Part shown: piece after piece, positions 39,481 to 52,809 of the stretch | Layout of the letters: each line of letters begins with the position of its first letter | Numbering within the stretch: position 1 is the first letter of the stretch | Source of the DNA: Podarcis tiliguerta | Taxonomy: Eukaryota | DNA: 64,000 nt | Strand: one strand, 5' to 3' | Assembly (NCBI GenBank): GCA_965153285.1 | Contig: OZ229113.1 | The notes under the pieces: generated by a model | What the model saw: the letters and a program-made list of their open reading frames with translations, nothing else | The model's database searches: none | What the model was told of the DNA's origin: nothing | Made by a program: the position numbers and the translations under genes

Positions 39481-39865
39481 TGAGAGGCGCCAACTTGTGA
39501 GGGAGATTTGGAGGGTGCAATGTCACACCTGTGTGACATCACATGTGGGATGTCGGGATGAGCCAGGAGGTGGAGCCAGACATGGCGGCAGTGCAGCTTC
39601 CATGGCCATAGCTCTGGTGCGCAGCCTCCATGTCCTCTTCCTCCTCCTGCTGCCGCCACCACCAGCCGGGAGCTACTTCCCTCTACTTCCCCTCTGTGGC
39701 AGGAGGAGGAAGAGACGGAGATGGGCACTGAAGCTACGCCACACTTGGCTCTGTCCTTGGACTCTTCTGCCTCTTCTTTTTTTGACATGAGGGGGTGGCC
39801 CCAAAAAGAAAATTAGTTGGGAGGGGGGCTCAAAAGTGCTGGGCCCCCATGAACTGGCACCCCTG
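39481..39865. mobile_element. Probable hAT-type non-autonomous element (related to 8349-8527)
   Basis: GGCGCCAACT near the start and AACTGGCACCCCTG at the end, with a GC-rich interior. No clear TSD. Confidence 0.5.
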
Positions 39866-40294
39866 CCCCAGCCCCATTTGAAGAGCAGTGGTGTACTTTG
39901 AGGTCAGAATTCATTAAGCCTTTCTTCAGAGTGGAGATACTGGATGTGGAGCTTCCACTCTCACCTTCTTTCCTCTGACTGGTTTGTTCAGCTGGTAAAC
40001 ATAAGCATTTTTAAAAACATATTTGTTTCTATCATAAGAGTTTAAGTTTAATATCCACAGTAGAAAAATACAGGGCTGGTCAGAGACATTTAGGCCACAA
40101 AATGGTGCCTCCCCACATCCTGGCCAGGAGAGAAGGCATGAGTTAGAAACGAGAGGGGAATAAAGATCTACATTGGGATATGCTGCCCCTATGAATCCTG
40201 CCACCAGAGGCAGTTGCCTCACCTGGCCTCATGGATGGGCCAGCCTTGTTGCCCCCAGGTAACTGATGAGCTTGGTGTTTTAGTAGAGTAGGAG

Positions 40295-40690
40295 CTGTTT
40301 ATTTATTTATTTTATTTGCTATATTTTAATACCGCCCTTCAACCTGACAGCTCCCTGAGCAGATCACTGTAAAGTAGAAACAACAACAATAAAACCCATA
40401 CGATAAAATCAATGCAAGTGAATAAAAGATAGCACAGCAAATCAATCATTATATAGCCAGCATTAAAACTGTTGCTAAAATAAGTTAAACCACTTTAAAA
40501 GCCTGGGAGAACAAGCAATGAAACAAAAACCAAAGTATTTTCCTGGTGCTAAAAAGTTAAGAGCAGGCACCCGGTGAAACTCCTTAGGGAGGGAGATCTC
40601 TAAATGGGGCTTCCCTACCAAAAAGACTCGTCCAGTTCACCTCAGATGCCGGGGCACTCAATACACAGGCAGGCTGATACGGGCAGAAGT
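40295..40690 (-). mobile_element. Degenerate LINE (L2-like) 3' end
   Basis: (TTTA)n tail, ATACCGCCCTTC...CCCTGAGCAGATCAC, an A-rich tract, AAAGCCTGGGAGAA and CCTTAGGGAGGGAG. Boundaries approximate. Confidence 0.5.
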
Positions 40691-42016
40691 GCTTGTTAAT
40701 GCACACAGCTCAGGTGCCACGTGGGTTGTTGTTTTTTAATGTTCCAAGTAGAACTGTAAAATTAAAAGCTCAGGGGAAAGAACCTGCTCCTGAGGAAAAT
40801 GTGCTACTCTTTTGCCATTTCCACAAAAAAGGGGGAATTTATTAAGGCAGAGTTTAATTCCCCAGCACCACTTTATTTGGACCATTTGTTCCTCGCAAAT
40901 GCAAGCGTGTGTGTGGAGAGTGGTACCAAAAACTCTCCAAGGGGTTACTTACATTCACTGAGGTGGCCAAATGTTTCTTTTTCTTTCTTTCTTTTAACCT
41001 ACAAAAAGATCAGCTCCTGTTCCAAGTCTTTGCCTTCATGGCGCATCCTCCACGCTGAGTGCAGCCATGCTGCTGCTTGGAGTAGTGACTTAGTTTTGTT
41101 TTAATAAAGGAAGCGGAGGAGAAACACTCTCCGCTAACTCATCAAATATAAGTAAGCACCTGCAGAACAAAGTCAAATGATTCCCTCAATGAAAATCCGA
41201 CAATGTTCAGAGGATGCTTCTCTCTCACACACTCAAACGCACACAAACAAAACAGCTGGCTAAATGTGCCAAAATTAGCTGAGTGAAACACTTCGGCTTA
41301 GCATCAGATTTTCTGAGCTCTGGGAAGTAGGTACCTCACCTGAGCAAAGGTAGGTCCCTCATCATGTCAGACTGCAGGTGGGGAGCTGCAGCGTGGTTTA
41401 AATGCCTCTCCATGCAAAAACAAGCACCGGACATAGAAAGCTTGCTATGTAGCCAAGCCTTCCCTGTGACATCCAGTTTTTATTTGTGGAAGTAGAATTC
41501 CTTTTAATGGATGAGCATTCAACCGTGTGAGTCGCCCACCTGCATCCTGAATTCTGCATTCTGAGTGAATACTAGGGTTTTGACAGTGAACTGTACTACG
41601 TCTATTCTAGCGTTTTATTTTCTTTAAAATAATAATAGTAGTACCTTCTATGGGTGTGACCAGTAGGCGTATCAGGTGATTTCTCACATTTCTGCTGGGG
41701 CTTCTCTTGTCGAATTAATTTAAATCTATAATCTGCAGATATGACAAGCATATCAAGTGGCATGTTAAATCGTAATTATGTCACAGCTGTTGTCGCTTGA
41801 AGCAGCTACTGTTATGTTGGGAAATGAAATAAGAGGAACAATAAAGAAACAGAATTGCATTTTGATCTTTCTGCATTGCATGCATCACAGAGCTGTTTTC
41901 CTTTTCCTCCTGTTAAGACAAAGCTGTGTAGAATGTTTTCTCACAATGGCAGAAATACTGCATGTTAAGGGGGAGAAAATATAGGAATTGCATCAGTCCA
42001 GTTATGCTCATGGCAA

Positions 42017-42222
42017 TATCAGAATTGTAGAGTTGGAAAGACCCTGAGGGTCATCTAGTCCAGCCCCCTGCAATGCAGGAATCTCAGCTAAAGTATCCCT
42101 GACAGATGGCCATCCAACCTCTGCTTTAAAATCTCCAATAAAGGAGAGTCCACCACCTACAGAGGGACTTCATTCCACTGTCAAACAGCTCTTACCACCA
42201 TAAAGTTCTTCCTGATGCTTAA
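42017..42222 (-). mobile_element. CR1 LINE 3' end
   Basis: AGAATTGTAGAGTTGGAAAGACC...GGTCATCTAGTCCAGCCCCCTGCAATGCAGG...CATCCAACCTCTGCTTTAAAATCTCCA...TTCCACTGTCAAACAGCTCTTAC...AAGTTCTTCCT, the canonical reverse-complemented CR1 ORF2 end and 3' UTR. Confidence 0.88.
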
Positions 42223-43123
42223 TTTAATTGAGTTGTACTTCCAAGAAAGTGTTGACCCAGTCATAAAACAGGGTCTGTACAGGCTGTAACAACTCGATCT
42301 GTGCAGATGTAAAACCAGGTTAAAATATCTTTGTATGTAAGGAAAAAGACTTTGAGCTCAGTTTTCTTCCTGACATACTCAAGAACTAGTATGTTCCTAG
42401 ACATTTTAGCATTGCAGTAGCGGCGGAACATTCACATGTGCAAAATGGAGACGGTCCAGTTGCCATGAGAACTGTACCATGTGCTTCACGGCATGTTGTG
42501 ATAGGCCCCTTTACATACCACAGAAATGGGAGGGCACATGCTTATAATTCTCTGCAGGCAAGCTGAGACATGGTCCACATAGATGCATCAAAGGACAAAG
42601 AGGCAGGGAGGCAGGGCAGAGCAAGGCAAAGAAAGCAAGAGGTCCAAGTCCCAGGCATGGGTCTCTAGACAGCAGATGCTGACCAGCATACACATAGCCT
42701 TTTCCAGCTTCATTTTGCTGACAAAGAGAGCTGGAAGCCCAAAAGAGCTCAGGTGGCCTCAAGTGAACTTGTGTCCCATGGCAAAGACAAAAAACAATGA
42801 TACTTTACAGTAATCCATGTGTACTCCCCATAGTATATGTGGACCATATAAATTATCCACATTAATTTACCCTTCTTGCACACCAAGGACAATGTATACA
42901 CGTTTCAGGGCAAATCATGATTATCTGCAGCTTGAACATGCAATCAGGAAAAATAAATACGGCTTGGTCTTGCATGGTACAGGAAGCCTGTGGACTGTAT
43001 GTTTCTGTAAAATGCATAGCAGCCCTATGTGTGCATTAGATTGTATCCCAAGGTTAAAATAAAAGCGACAGTGGAAATTCTCAGATTTCATTCATAGTAG
43101 TGAAACTGCACTAAGACCATGTG

Positions 43124-43425
43124 GACTGGGGTGGGAAACCTTAGGCTTGGGAATCAAATGAACCCTTCCAGGAGTCCCTGTCTGTCCCTGGGCAATCAAT
43201 GTCTGGGTCCCACGCCGAGACCTGCTCCCCTGCTTCCTTGAAATGGATGAAGGCTGGAGAAATATTCACACATATAGAAAACTGTGGTGTGTGTGGTGGA
43301 AATGCAACCTATTTTCCAAAGGAAAAAGCCATATCCATTGCTCTGGCTACTGTTCATGTGGCCCCTGGAAAGTTACTCATGAGAAAATGTGGCCCTCAGG
43401 CTGAGAAAGGTTTCCCCGCCCCGAC
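43124..43425. mobile_element. Degenerate hAT-type non-autonomous element
   Basis: Termini GGGGTGGGAAACCT...ATGTGGCCCTCAGGCTGAGAAAGGTTTCCCCGCCCC form imperfect inverted repeats. Confidence 0.5.
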
Positions 43426-44000
43426 CTAGAGGCAAACTCATGTCTGTAGCAGATGTACCCATTGCACTAACTAAGCCCAGAGCAACCTTAGATGTGCTCT
43501 TTCCAAGAGACAGCATTGTGGTTACGGAAGGCTTCCGATAAGAGAGAGCCCACCCTCAGCACAATATTAAATTTCATCCTTGACATGCAGAAAATGACAA
43601 CACTGAACCTATTAACCTTCTGCTCTTTAACAGTAAATATGAGCATTCAGCAACTCTTCCCTCCGCCAGAAGCTAAGACAACTTTATTAAAAGTTGGATC
43701 TCACGATGACAAGATGACATCAAGATAAATGGGAATGCATACAGATGCAGTTAGCTTCCTCCTTTATTACTGGTTTATCTCGAGAATGAACACAGGTACA
43801 CAAATGTGGGCAGGCATCTCTGCGAGTCTGCCCTTTGGATTCTCTCTTCTGCTGCTTTTACACTATTATTTTAAAAGAGTGAGTTGTTATTTTCCATGAC
43901 AGGGCATAAGATCACATGTAGGATAAGAACAATTTTAGAGTCACAAGTGAAAAATGGGAGGTAAGAAACTAGTGTGTTCTTTCTAAAGCGAAGCAGAATT

Positions 44001-44001
<1 letters not shown>

Positions 44002-44038
<37 letters not shown>
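44002..44038. repeat. (CA)n microsatellite
   Basis: Directly visible. Confidence 0.95.
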
Positions 44039-44040
<2 letters not shown>

Positions 44041-44754
44041 AAGCACTGCATTTTAAAAAGGAGGTTTTTAAAACAAAAAAAAATGCCATATAATTGATGA
44101 TTCTCCCTTGATAGCCACAAATAGGTGATATCTTTTGAACAGACAAGTAGTAACTTTGTTACCCACACATTTCCCTTACCTTTGCTCCCTTCCATTGTTG
44201 GCCATACTGTCAAAGTTTAGTTAATAAGCTCCCTTGGGTAAGTACATGACATTCTTGCTCATGCTCTGTAAATCACAGTGCACATTAATGGCATGATCAC
44301 CATCACCCTGGCAGTAGTATTAGGGTGGTAAAAAACAAAATGAAACCCACCCTTCTCTGGTGTAGGATAGCAGAAAAAGACGCCTACATTTTGTGCTGCC
44401 TGTTGCTGGGGGTTGGGTGCAAAGAGGTGTTTCCAGATTTTTCAAATGATCCCTTAAAAAAACAAAAAATCAAAGACACCTACTGTATGTAGTAAGCTTT
44501 CAGAAAACATGGCTCTTTGTATTTTAATGTGCTGCAGCCCAGAATTCTACTACTTTATTCTGTGTACTGAGTAGACATCATTGCAATAAATTTTTAGATT
44601 TCCCTTTAACACTAATAAATGCCATACAAAGTCAGTTCTTGTACACTGCTCCTCATGGCTGGTGGTTCACATATACGGGCTATGCAGCGCCAGGAATATC
44701 CCCATTCTTGGAAGTGTTGTGGAGTCCTAGCCCACATGCATCTCCACTGCACTC

Positions 44755-44930
44755 AATTGTTATTTATTGAATTTATATACTGCCCTGTACCTGGAGGTCT
44801 CAGGGCGGTTCACAGAATAAAATCACAATATAGAACCACAAAATACACAATCAAAACAACAGCAACAATCCAATAACACCCCCCCCCAAAAAAAAAAATC
44901 CCCACCACATTTTAAAAGGGCATGGGATAT
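44755..44930 (-). mobile_element. Short LINE 3' end fragment
   Basis: TTATTTATT tail, ATATACTGCCCTGTACCTGGAGGTCTCAGGGCGGTTCACAG, then an A/C-rich tract. Confidence 0.5.
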
Positions 44931-47900
44931 CATGAAGGACCCTCAACCACTGAAGTGATCAGGGGAACTGTGGTAGAATTCCAAGTGTACAAGAACCATG
45001 TCTGTGCCCTGAATCAGAGTGACAAAGTTTGCATTTCTCTAAGTTTCATTGTCTTTAGCATCGTGTTTCAATTCTGTGCCTCTGTATGCTTTTCCCAGTC
45101 TAAATTAATTTTACCGAAAGGCAGCGTGCCTTTATGTTCCCAATGTTTTATGTGAACTTGCTTTCTAGAAATAAAGCAACATCCTTTCTGTATTATCTAA
45201 TTCTTCTCATATTTGTAAGGGGGCAATGTGAAGGGGGCAGAGAGAGAATCACACTGATAAGAGGATGCCAGTGTCCGTTGGTGAGCACTCATCTTCATTC
45301 AGCAGCAAACAGGGCCATAGATGCCATTTTGGTGCTGACAGATGTGACTGAATGCTTTCCTTCTACGAGAGAACTGTTCCTTGTCCTCTGGAATGGGAAA
45401 AATGGGCTTCATCCTCTTGGCTCCATTAATAGTGTTCAGATACTAATGGATCCGTCTTGCAATATTGAATTTACACCTGCTGATAGCTACCAGCTCAGGC
45501 TTGATTCAAGTCAGATATATAGATCATTTAGGGGCCATGGACAGATTCAGGGCAATAGCTTTTTGGGGAAATGAATAAGAAAGTGTGATATGACACTAGT
45601 CCATATAAAAAAATGGATGGATAGGTGGAAAGACACTTTTACATTTCAAATATTGACTTAGATTGTTAATCTTTGTAACAGTGGGAAATGGCTAAACCAT
45701 TGTGCTGGAAAATTTATATAAAAACCTTTAACATTTGTAAAGCCACAATGAAGCTACTGATTTGCCATATTAATTTTAATTTTGGAAAAATACAAAAGAA
45801 AGGATTGGATGTGTCTTCAGGATTTGTGCTAGCAAGGTTTTTACGTAGTTTCAGATACTTTTTAAGAAGCAGGCATTTATGTTTTCAAATTGTGCAGGTA
45901 TGTGACATCACATTACTGTATATAGAAATAGGTCTGAGTTGTATGAAAACTATCTAAGAAATTTTCTTGTTCTATAAAAACTCTGCTCACCCCACCCCTA
46001 TCTCCTAGAAATTAGCTTTCAGCCCCACATAAATTCCAGTGGCAGAACCTATGTGGAAACACTCCGTCTAGGAAACATGATTTTATTTCCTGGCCACCTT
46101 TTGAGGGATTTTACCTTAAAATAGCATGAAAATACAGGGGAAAGAATCAGATCTGAGTTCTAGAATGGAAAGCAAAATGTATACTATGTACATTATGATT
46201 ATATGCAGGTTGCATAGGTGAAAAAGAAGGAAGACAGAAATTTAAGAGATTTGCATAGAACTATAGTTCTTGATTGCTGGAATGGTTTAGAATTAGATAA
46301 GACTATAATATTTGACATAATTTGATTTAATAGCATAATTGTAAAGTGAAGTTTTTGTAAAATATATATATATTAACATATAGTATGGCGTTGAGCACTG
46401 TGAAATATCATTTCACCTTTTAAAAATGCAAGATAGATTTCTTAAATTTGGATAGTCAGAACGGTTTCGTTTCCTCATATCCTTCCTTTGAACACATCTT
46501 TTCTGCATATTATCCTTGTTCCTCTCTGCAACCAAGCAATACAATTTCCCACTATCTATTTTAGCTTGCGAAATCCCTGAGAACATGGAATTTTTTATGT
46601 TGCCTCTGGAACACTGTAAGGTGCCATGTGCACCAATATGCACACACAATTCTTAGCACCATCGTTATGCAAACTAAAAACATCATTGTGCATACTCATT
46701 GCATTTCTTTAAATCATTTAAATCAGAAACAGTGTTTGTTTTTTGGGTGGTGCCAGATAGTTTGGCTTCTGAGGTTTGATTTACACTTTGCCCAGCCACC
46801 TATTCTCAGGTGTTTGGCTACCCGAAGCCATAAACTATGAGACACACAGCCCCAAAATCATGGGAGCACAGTGAGAACATGCTCTAAAAAGCTCCTATGG
46901 AACACCTCTGCTTCACACACCTGTACAGGTAGCAAAACACACTTGTATAAATGAGTTCTGAGTTGCTTACTAAGTGCCATTTAAGAAGACACTATATATG
47001 GTGTTTTGGCATGTAAGTGCTTCCAGTGTTTTACTTCACGCGGTGGAACGTTCTGCTTATTCCAGTTAGGAAAAAGCATTTTATATTCAGCACATGGTAG
47101 AATAGTTTTGTTTCCATCTCCTTGATAGTTCAGGAATGCTACTGTTCTAGGAATATATTTTTTCCCTCTCTCCGCCCAGTCCACATATTGCATATTCTCT
47201 GGGGTTGGGTGATGGGAAAACACCACAGTGCCAAATCCTGTGTTTCAGAGGTAAATTAGTTGCAGTGCTAAGTCCTGTGCAGCAGAGGTAAATCTGGACA
47301 TTGAACAAAAGCAAATTCAAATAAAAATTAGGCATTCAAATTGCTTCTTGAATGTTACAGGCTTTTAGCTCATTATGGCTGAGTACTGTGGCTTAGAGTG
47401 GAGAGTTAAGAGATGAAAATACCTCATGAAGTGGCAGCATGAATGAGGCTTCAGAGATACACAAAGTAGTTTTCTAAAGTGCTACTTCCAGGCTATCAGA
47501 AGGTTGCATTCAATTACTAGCTAAAATTAGTTTAGACGAGGAGGGTGGAGGCATTGTATATCCTTTCCATTCATGCAAACATGATCTAGTGCAGCCTCAT
47601 TCAACCCAATGGCTGAGAACGTCTCAAATATGTGTCAGAAGTACAACCTGTGTTCTCGTGGTGTTCTTAACTTTTGTGAAGTGCTTTAGATAATAAGGAA
47701 AAACAATTTACATAGGGTTAGGTTGACATGGAGTTGTTTTAGGGGGCAGGCAAAAGGCTGAATTAAAATAACTAATGGCTGCATCTTATGTTATAGACTA
47801 TAGACATGGGATGACTTGAAAGCAAGGCAGATGTCTTGTCAGAATGGATAGTGTATATGTCTGGCTCCCAGACAGTCTGTAGAGCTTCCAAATTCCATTA

Positions 47901-48879
47901 AAGGGTTTGGCAGTTCACAAGTCTGGCGAAGACCCAAGCGTGTATTACCCATACTGACAAGGGCCTTGAAATCCTTCCCAAAGACATGAAACGTCATCCT
48001 CAGTCTTGAGGCTAAAATGTGAGAAGTAATCCCAAGAGTCCCTGATTACAGAGGTTTTGCTACAGGGACTTTTCTTGTTTCCTTGATAAGCCACACGATG
48101 CATTATTATGTTTTACAGCATTGTTTGTGGCACAATAATTTAAACAAAATGAAATTCTTAATGGGCTGTTTTGAAAATGCCTCAGGGAAAACGCTGACAT
48201 ATTCAGTGCAAAGTCAAGGAAATGTACAAGCTAACTGTAGATTATCGTTATTGCATAGTGAAGATTCTGGACATAAATTGATGGTGATACATTCACAGCA
48301 CACAGCCAAATATACTAGAGAGTTCACGTGACTGTCTTCACCATTGTTTATAGAGGTCTGAAGTTTCAGAAAAGCAGAAAGGAGGAAGATGAAATTATAA
48401 AATTCTGAAGATGGTGGTGGAGTCCTAGGAAGTCAATGAGTACCTTCCTGATTTTGTTTAAAGGTTAAGACTTCAGTCCTCAAAAGAATTGCATCAGGAG
48501 AGAAAACCTGCCCCTGAATGCTTAGAACTCGCCATGATGGGAGGGAAAGTTTGAGTAACTGTCAACCCTATTCCCATGTTTATTTAAAATGCTTGTGGAC
48601 ATGGAGACTGCCCACCTTTCATGATATGAGTTATGAAGGAAGTATATTCGGAGTAATGAGGAACTGAGATGAGACAGGTTTCTGAGTGAACCAGCGGAGA
48701 GTGCAGGGCACTTTCTAGAAATTTGTATAAACCAAAACATATTGTATTTTTAATACCGATAGTGCTTTTTTGTAAATTTGGACCCATCACACCAGAAATT
48801 GGTTCAAGTTTTGATCACCATCTTGATTCAAAATGGCACCCAGACCCAAACATCAATGAAGACTGCTGCCCCCACCTCA

Positions 48880-49445
48880 TGTCAGGGACTGCGCAAATGA
48901 GGAGTGGTGGAGACTGCCACTCCAAGGGGCTTCGGGGGGGGGGGGGAGGAAGGGAGTATGGAACCAGAATCATGGTGGTTTGAGACAAGACACACCCAGA
49001 AAAAGAAAGGAGCTGGGAAATAATGGGTGATGAAGAACAGGAGCCGGACAGCAGGTTCACCAGCCCTGAATGGAGTCAGGAGTCAGATGTGTTAGAAACA
49101 GTGCAGCGGCCAAGTGACACAGTGTCTCTGGAGAGTATGCTAGAGTCCCCTCCTTCCCCGAGAACCAGGCATGCCCTTCGTGTCTCAGAGCAGAAAGCCA
49201 AACAGAGACAGAGGGATTTCCTTACCAGCCACCGAGGATAGCAGGAGGGGTCTGAGGGCTAGGAAGTAACTGCTGTTTGTTCGTGTGTGCGCGCATGTGG
49301 AGCAGCACTCTGAGTAACACTGGTTCATGCTTGAGGGTGTACATTCCATGTCTACCTGTGTTTCTGTGGATTAAAATAAAAGAACTGAAAGAAGCTCTGT
49401 ACACTAAACAAATAGCCAGTGAGATGTTGATGGCGCCTCCTGACA
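48880..49445 (+). mobile_element. Solo LTR (566 bp), probably Gypsy/ERV-type
   Basis: TGTCAGG...CCTGACA terminal inverted repeat (TG...CA). Perfect 5-bp TSD CCTCA at 48875-48879 and 49446-49450. AATAAA at ~49375. Confidence 0.9.
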
Positions 49446-50376
49446 CCTCAGTTACCCTCATGCCTAGTTTGGTAATAATGTCTTGAGAGATGTCCAAAGC
49501 TAAAGAAGACAGACAGACAAACCACATTCCAATATATATTAGATGTATGTGAAAGTGACACAAACCAGAAATAGACTGGCCAATCATGATGATGATGATG
49601 ATGGAAACTTTGAAACTCCTTCTTAACTACCACCTGTTGTCTTGGTAATGATAAACCAGGAGTGAGCAACAACTCCCATTCACTACTGGCCATACTGACT
49701 GCTGTCCTGCTAATATTTGGTGTCCTGCTAAAACAGCAGCATGCATAGTGTTCACAAACACTTTTTTCTGAGGATTTTCCCTTTAATTAAATCTATTTTC
49801 AAATGCTAGTCCATTGAGACAATGTACATCCATTTGCATTTAAAATCTTGCCAGGTGTAACAATTGCTTCCTCCCTACCTTCTTTATAATGATTCCTCAG
49901 TGATGACATTTGCCCCTAGGTAGAATGAAAAAGTCAAGTCCTCCTTTTAAAATTCAATATCATGACAATAGAGCAAGAGTTCTGTGATTTCAATGAAAGG
50001 TAATAATTTAATCAGCTTTCCCCCCATTTTATGTCTTTGTGAAGCAGGTGCTTGTTTCAAATGACTGAAGAGCAACCTCTTACCTCTTACTTGTTGAAGT
50101 TTCCACAGGGGTCATATTTTTGAATGTGAATGTGTAATATACTATCGGTATAGAAGAGCAGAATTCCTTGATGGTGGGATCATGCAGTGATTTATGTGGA
50201 TGGTATATTCTTTAGTGTTTCCCAAACACAATCACTTGGGCACGTGATTCACTGGATATAGAGATCATACTCCAGTAACACTTAGGATGATTTCTAAAAT
50301 CCCATTGAAATCATATGGGTTTAGGGAGCCTTACTTCCAAGTTAAAAAATGTTTTGAACTATCCTATAATGTCACT

Positions 50377-51066
50377 TTGCCAAAAAAAGGTCCATATAGT
50401 TAAAGCTATGGTTTTCCCAGTAGTGATGTATGGAAGTGAGAGCTGGACCATAAAGAAGGCTGATCGCCGAAGAATTGATGCTTTTGAATTCTGGTGCTGG
50501 AAGATCAAACCTCTCCATTCTTAAGGAAATCAGCCCTGAGTGCTCACTGGAAGGACAGATCGTGAAGCTGTGGCTCCAATACTTTGGCCACCTCATAAGA
50601 AGAGAAGACTCCCTGGAAAAGACCCTGATGTTGGGAAAGATGGAGAGCACAAGGAAGAAGAAGAAGAAGAAGAGTTTGGATTTGATATCCCGCCTTTCAC
50701 TCCCCTTCAGGAGTCTCAAAGCGACTAACATTCTCCTTTCCCCTCCTCCCCCACAGCAAACACTCTGTGAGGTGAGTGGGGCTGAGAGACTTCAAAGAAG
50801 TGTGACTGGCCCAAGGTCACCCAGCAGCTGCATGTGGAGGAGCGGAGACGCGAACCCGGTTCCCCAGATTACGAGACTACCACTCTTAACCACTACACCA
50901 CACTGGAGAAGGGGACGACAGAGGATGAGATGGTTGGACAGTGTTCTCGAAGCTACAAACATGAGTCTGACCAAACTGCGGGAGGCAGTGGAAGACCGGA
51001 GTTCCTGGCATGCTCTGTTCCATTGGGTCATGAAGAGTCGGACATGACTAAACAACAACAACAACA
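50377..51066 (+). mobile_element. 5'-truncated BovB (RTE) LINE
   Basis: Translates to KVHIVKAMVFPVVMYGSESWTIKKADRRRIDAFE, KLWLQYFGHLIRREDSLEKTLMLGK and RRGRQRMRWLDSV, the BovB ORF C-terminus. Ends in a (CAA)n tail. 11-bp TSD ATAATGTCACT at 50366-50376 and 51067-51077. Confidence 0.95.
50656..50904 (-). mobile_element. tRNA-derived CORE SINE (MIR-related, Squam3-like) nested in BovB
   Basis: Minus strand reads AGTGTGGTGTAGTGGTTAAGAG (A box), GGGTTCGCGTCTCC (B box), GGGTGACCTTGGGCCAGTCAC and ends in a (TTC)n tail. It interrupts BovB between ...CACAAGGA and GGAGAAGGGGACG. Confidence 0.88.
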
Positions 51067-51078
51067 ATAATGTCACTG

Positions 51079-51152
51079 TTACTTCTGGGTTTTCGGTGTT
51101 CAGGAGCCGAAACGTTAAAAAACGGACCCGTTCGAGAACCGAGGTTTGACTG
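51079..51152. mobile_element. One-ended Tc1/mariner-type MITE fragment
   Basis: CpG-rich segment ending GAACCGAGGTTTGACTG|TA, which resembles the right TIR of the CAGTGGTACC-type MITEs. No left end found. Confidence 0.55.
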
Positions 51153-52809
51153 TATCCTGATATTCATACATGCCTATTACTCAATGAGCCTGAATTCTCC
51201 TTCCTCCTACAGTGCAGCCTTTGTTTCTGTTTTTTAACTGCAGCTTGCTACACTTTCTGAAACCAGGCAAATGTGATTACTTTAAATACTGGTAACATAG
51301 TTTATGAAGCTGGTTTATTTTCACTAACCATGGTTACGATTAACTGCATTAAGAGTTCCGATCACATGCAACTTCCTATACAATGACTACCAGCTTAGTT
51401 TTATTCTTCTTTAATTGACAAGTTCATGAAGGATAGATCTATCAACAGTGAAATGGATTTACTACTGGATGCAGGACAAACCAAAAAACAGAGGACATCC
51501 TTATGAATTGTTTTTAAGCTTCCAGAGGCATTGGCTGCTAAGGACAGCCAGTTCAACAGATGACTGTGGAGGAAAAGAAAGGCCCTTCTGATCATTTCCT
51601 TGAGCAATATAACATTTGACTGAATACTTCGCCATAGTGGCAGCTACTTTATGGTTGCAGGTTTCCATTTCTCTCTGTACTGGAACTTAGGTGGGGAATT
51701 ATCAGGTGCCTATCATTCAAAGCAAGTGATAGCAAGTGACAATTTTCATATTTTTTTTCAAAATAGCATTCTTTGTGTCACACACACTGAACACACCTTG
51801 TAGATTTCTCCCCCTCTTAGCAATCTTAAGAGCTTAAAGTATCATTAACAAGCCAGGCAGGCTTTTGTCCAGGAAGAGAGCCGTTACAAATAAGTGCCTT
51901 AACACTCTGTGCACGTTAATGCAACAGAACAAGGCTTATCATCAATTTGAAGGCACTAAAATCCTTTAGAATGCTGCTCCCCCACCATAGGGCAAATCAC
52001 TTGATAACACACTAATTGTCAGCCACACTCTTCTGAAAGATTGTGGGTCGATGCCAAGTGTTAATATGCTTTTCAGTGAGTTTGGACTGAGAAATCCAAC
52101 CAGTAGCCATACTGTATTCCATTTTCCCTTTAACTTCGAAAGGAAGAAAATGAGAAGTGTCTTTGAAAATTGACAAAGTCTTGTATTAGTTACGGCTATT
52201 CTGAAGCTGGTTCACTGAAGGGGGCCTTATTTGCTTTCAGGAGCCAAAGTTAAGGTCACTAAAATTCTTCGCTCTCCCTGCATTTTGGACAGCTATTGTT
52301 GCCCCCACCAAATGAGGAATAGCTCTTGCAGGCCCTAACAGATGGGAGTGGAAATATTTGTGCTATTGTCATACCATATGCACCATGATCCGCCTGTGGG
52401 GGAGCTTTTCCTTGAAAAATAGACCATGGGTGAATTTACACCTCTCTCAGATCATTTTCAAAGCTAAGGCAGTGAATATAGTGGTTATTGATCAGCTGAG
52501 GATTTATGGCCGGTCCGACTATCATTGTTCTGTACTCACATATTGTTTCTCACACATATAATAAGGAATGTGCAGTGTTTCACTCAAACTGATGAGCACA
52601 AACAGGGGGTTTTACCTGATGTAGGAAACATCTTGTCAGCTATATGCCTTGTTTCCTATGCAAGACCTTAAGGAGAAGCACACTATGAATTATGTTGTCA
52701 TTTCGTGTGCTGCTCCTTTGAGATGGCATGTGGCACAGGCTGGCACTGATGTTTGTTTGCTTTGAGCCAAAGGCTGGTGTACCATGCACTCATTCTTTCA
52801 TAACACAAT

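Noticed and set aside
39312-39790. 158-aa and 105-aa overlapping ORFs
   Set aside because: They lie in a GC-rich probable transposon interior where stop codons are rare.
40199-40216. CTCF-like motif GCCACCAGAGGCAG
   Set aside because: One base short of the core consensus, and it appears to sit in a repeat fragment.
50475-51047. 190-aa ORF as a host gene
   Set aside because: Composed entirely of BovB and antisense SINE sequence.
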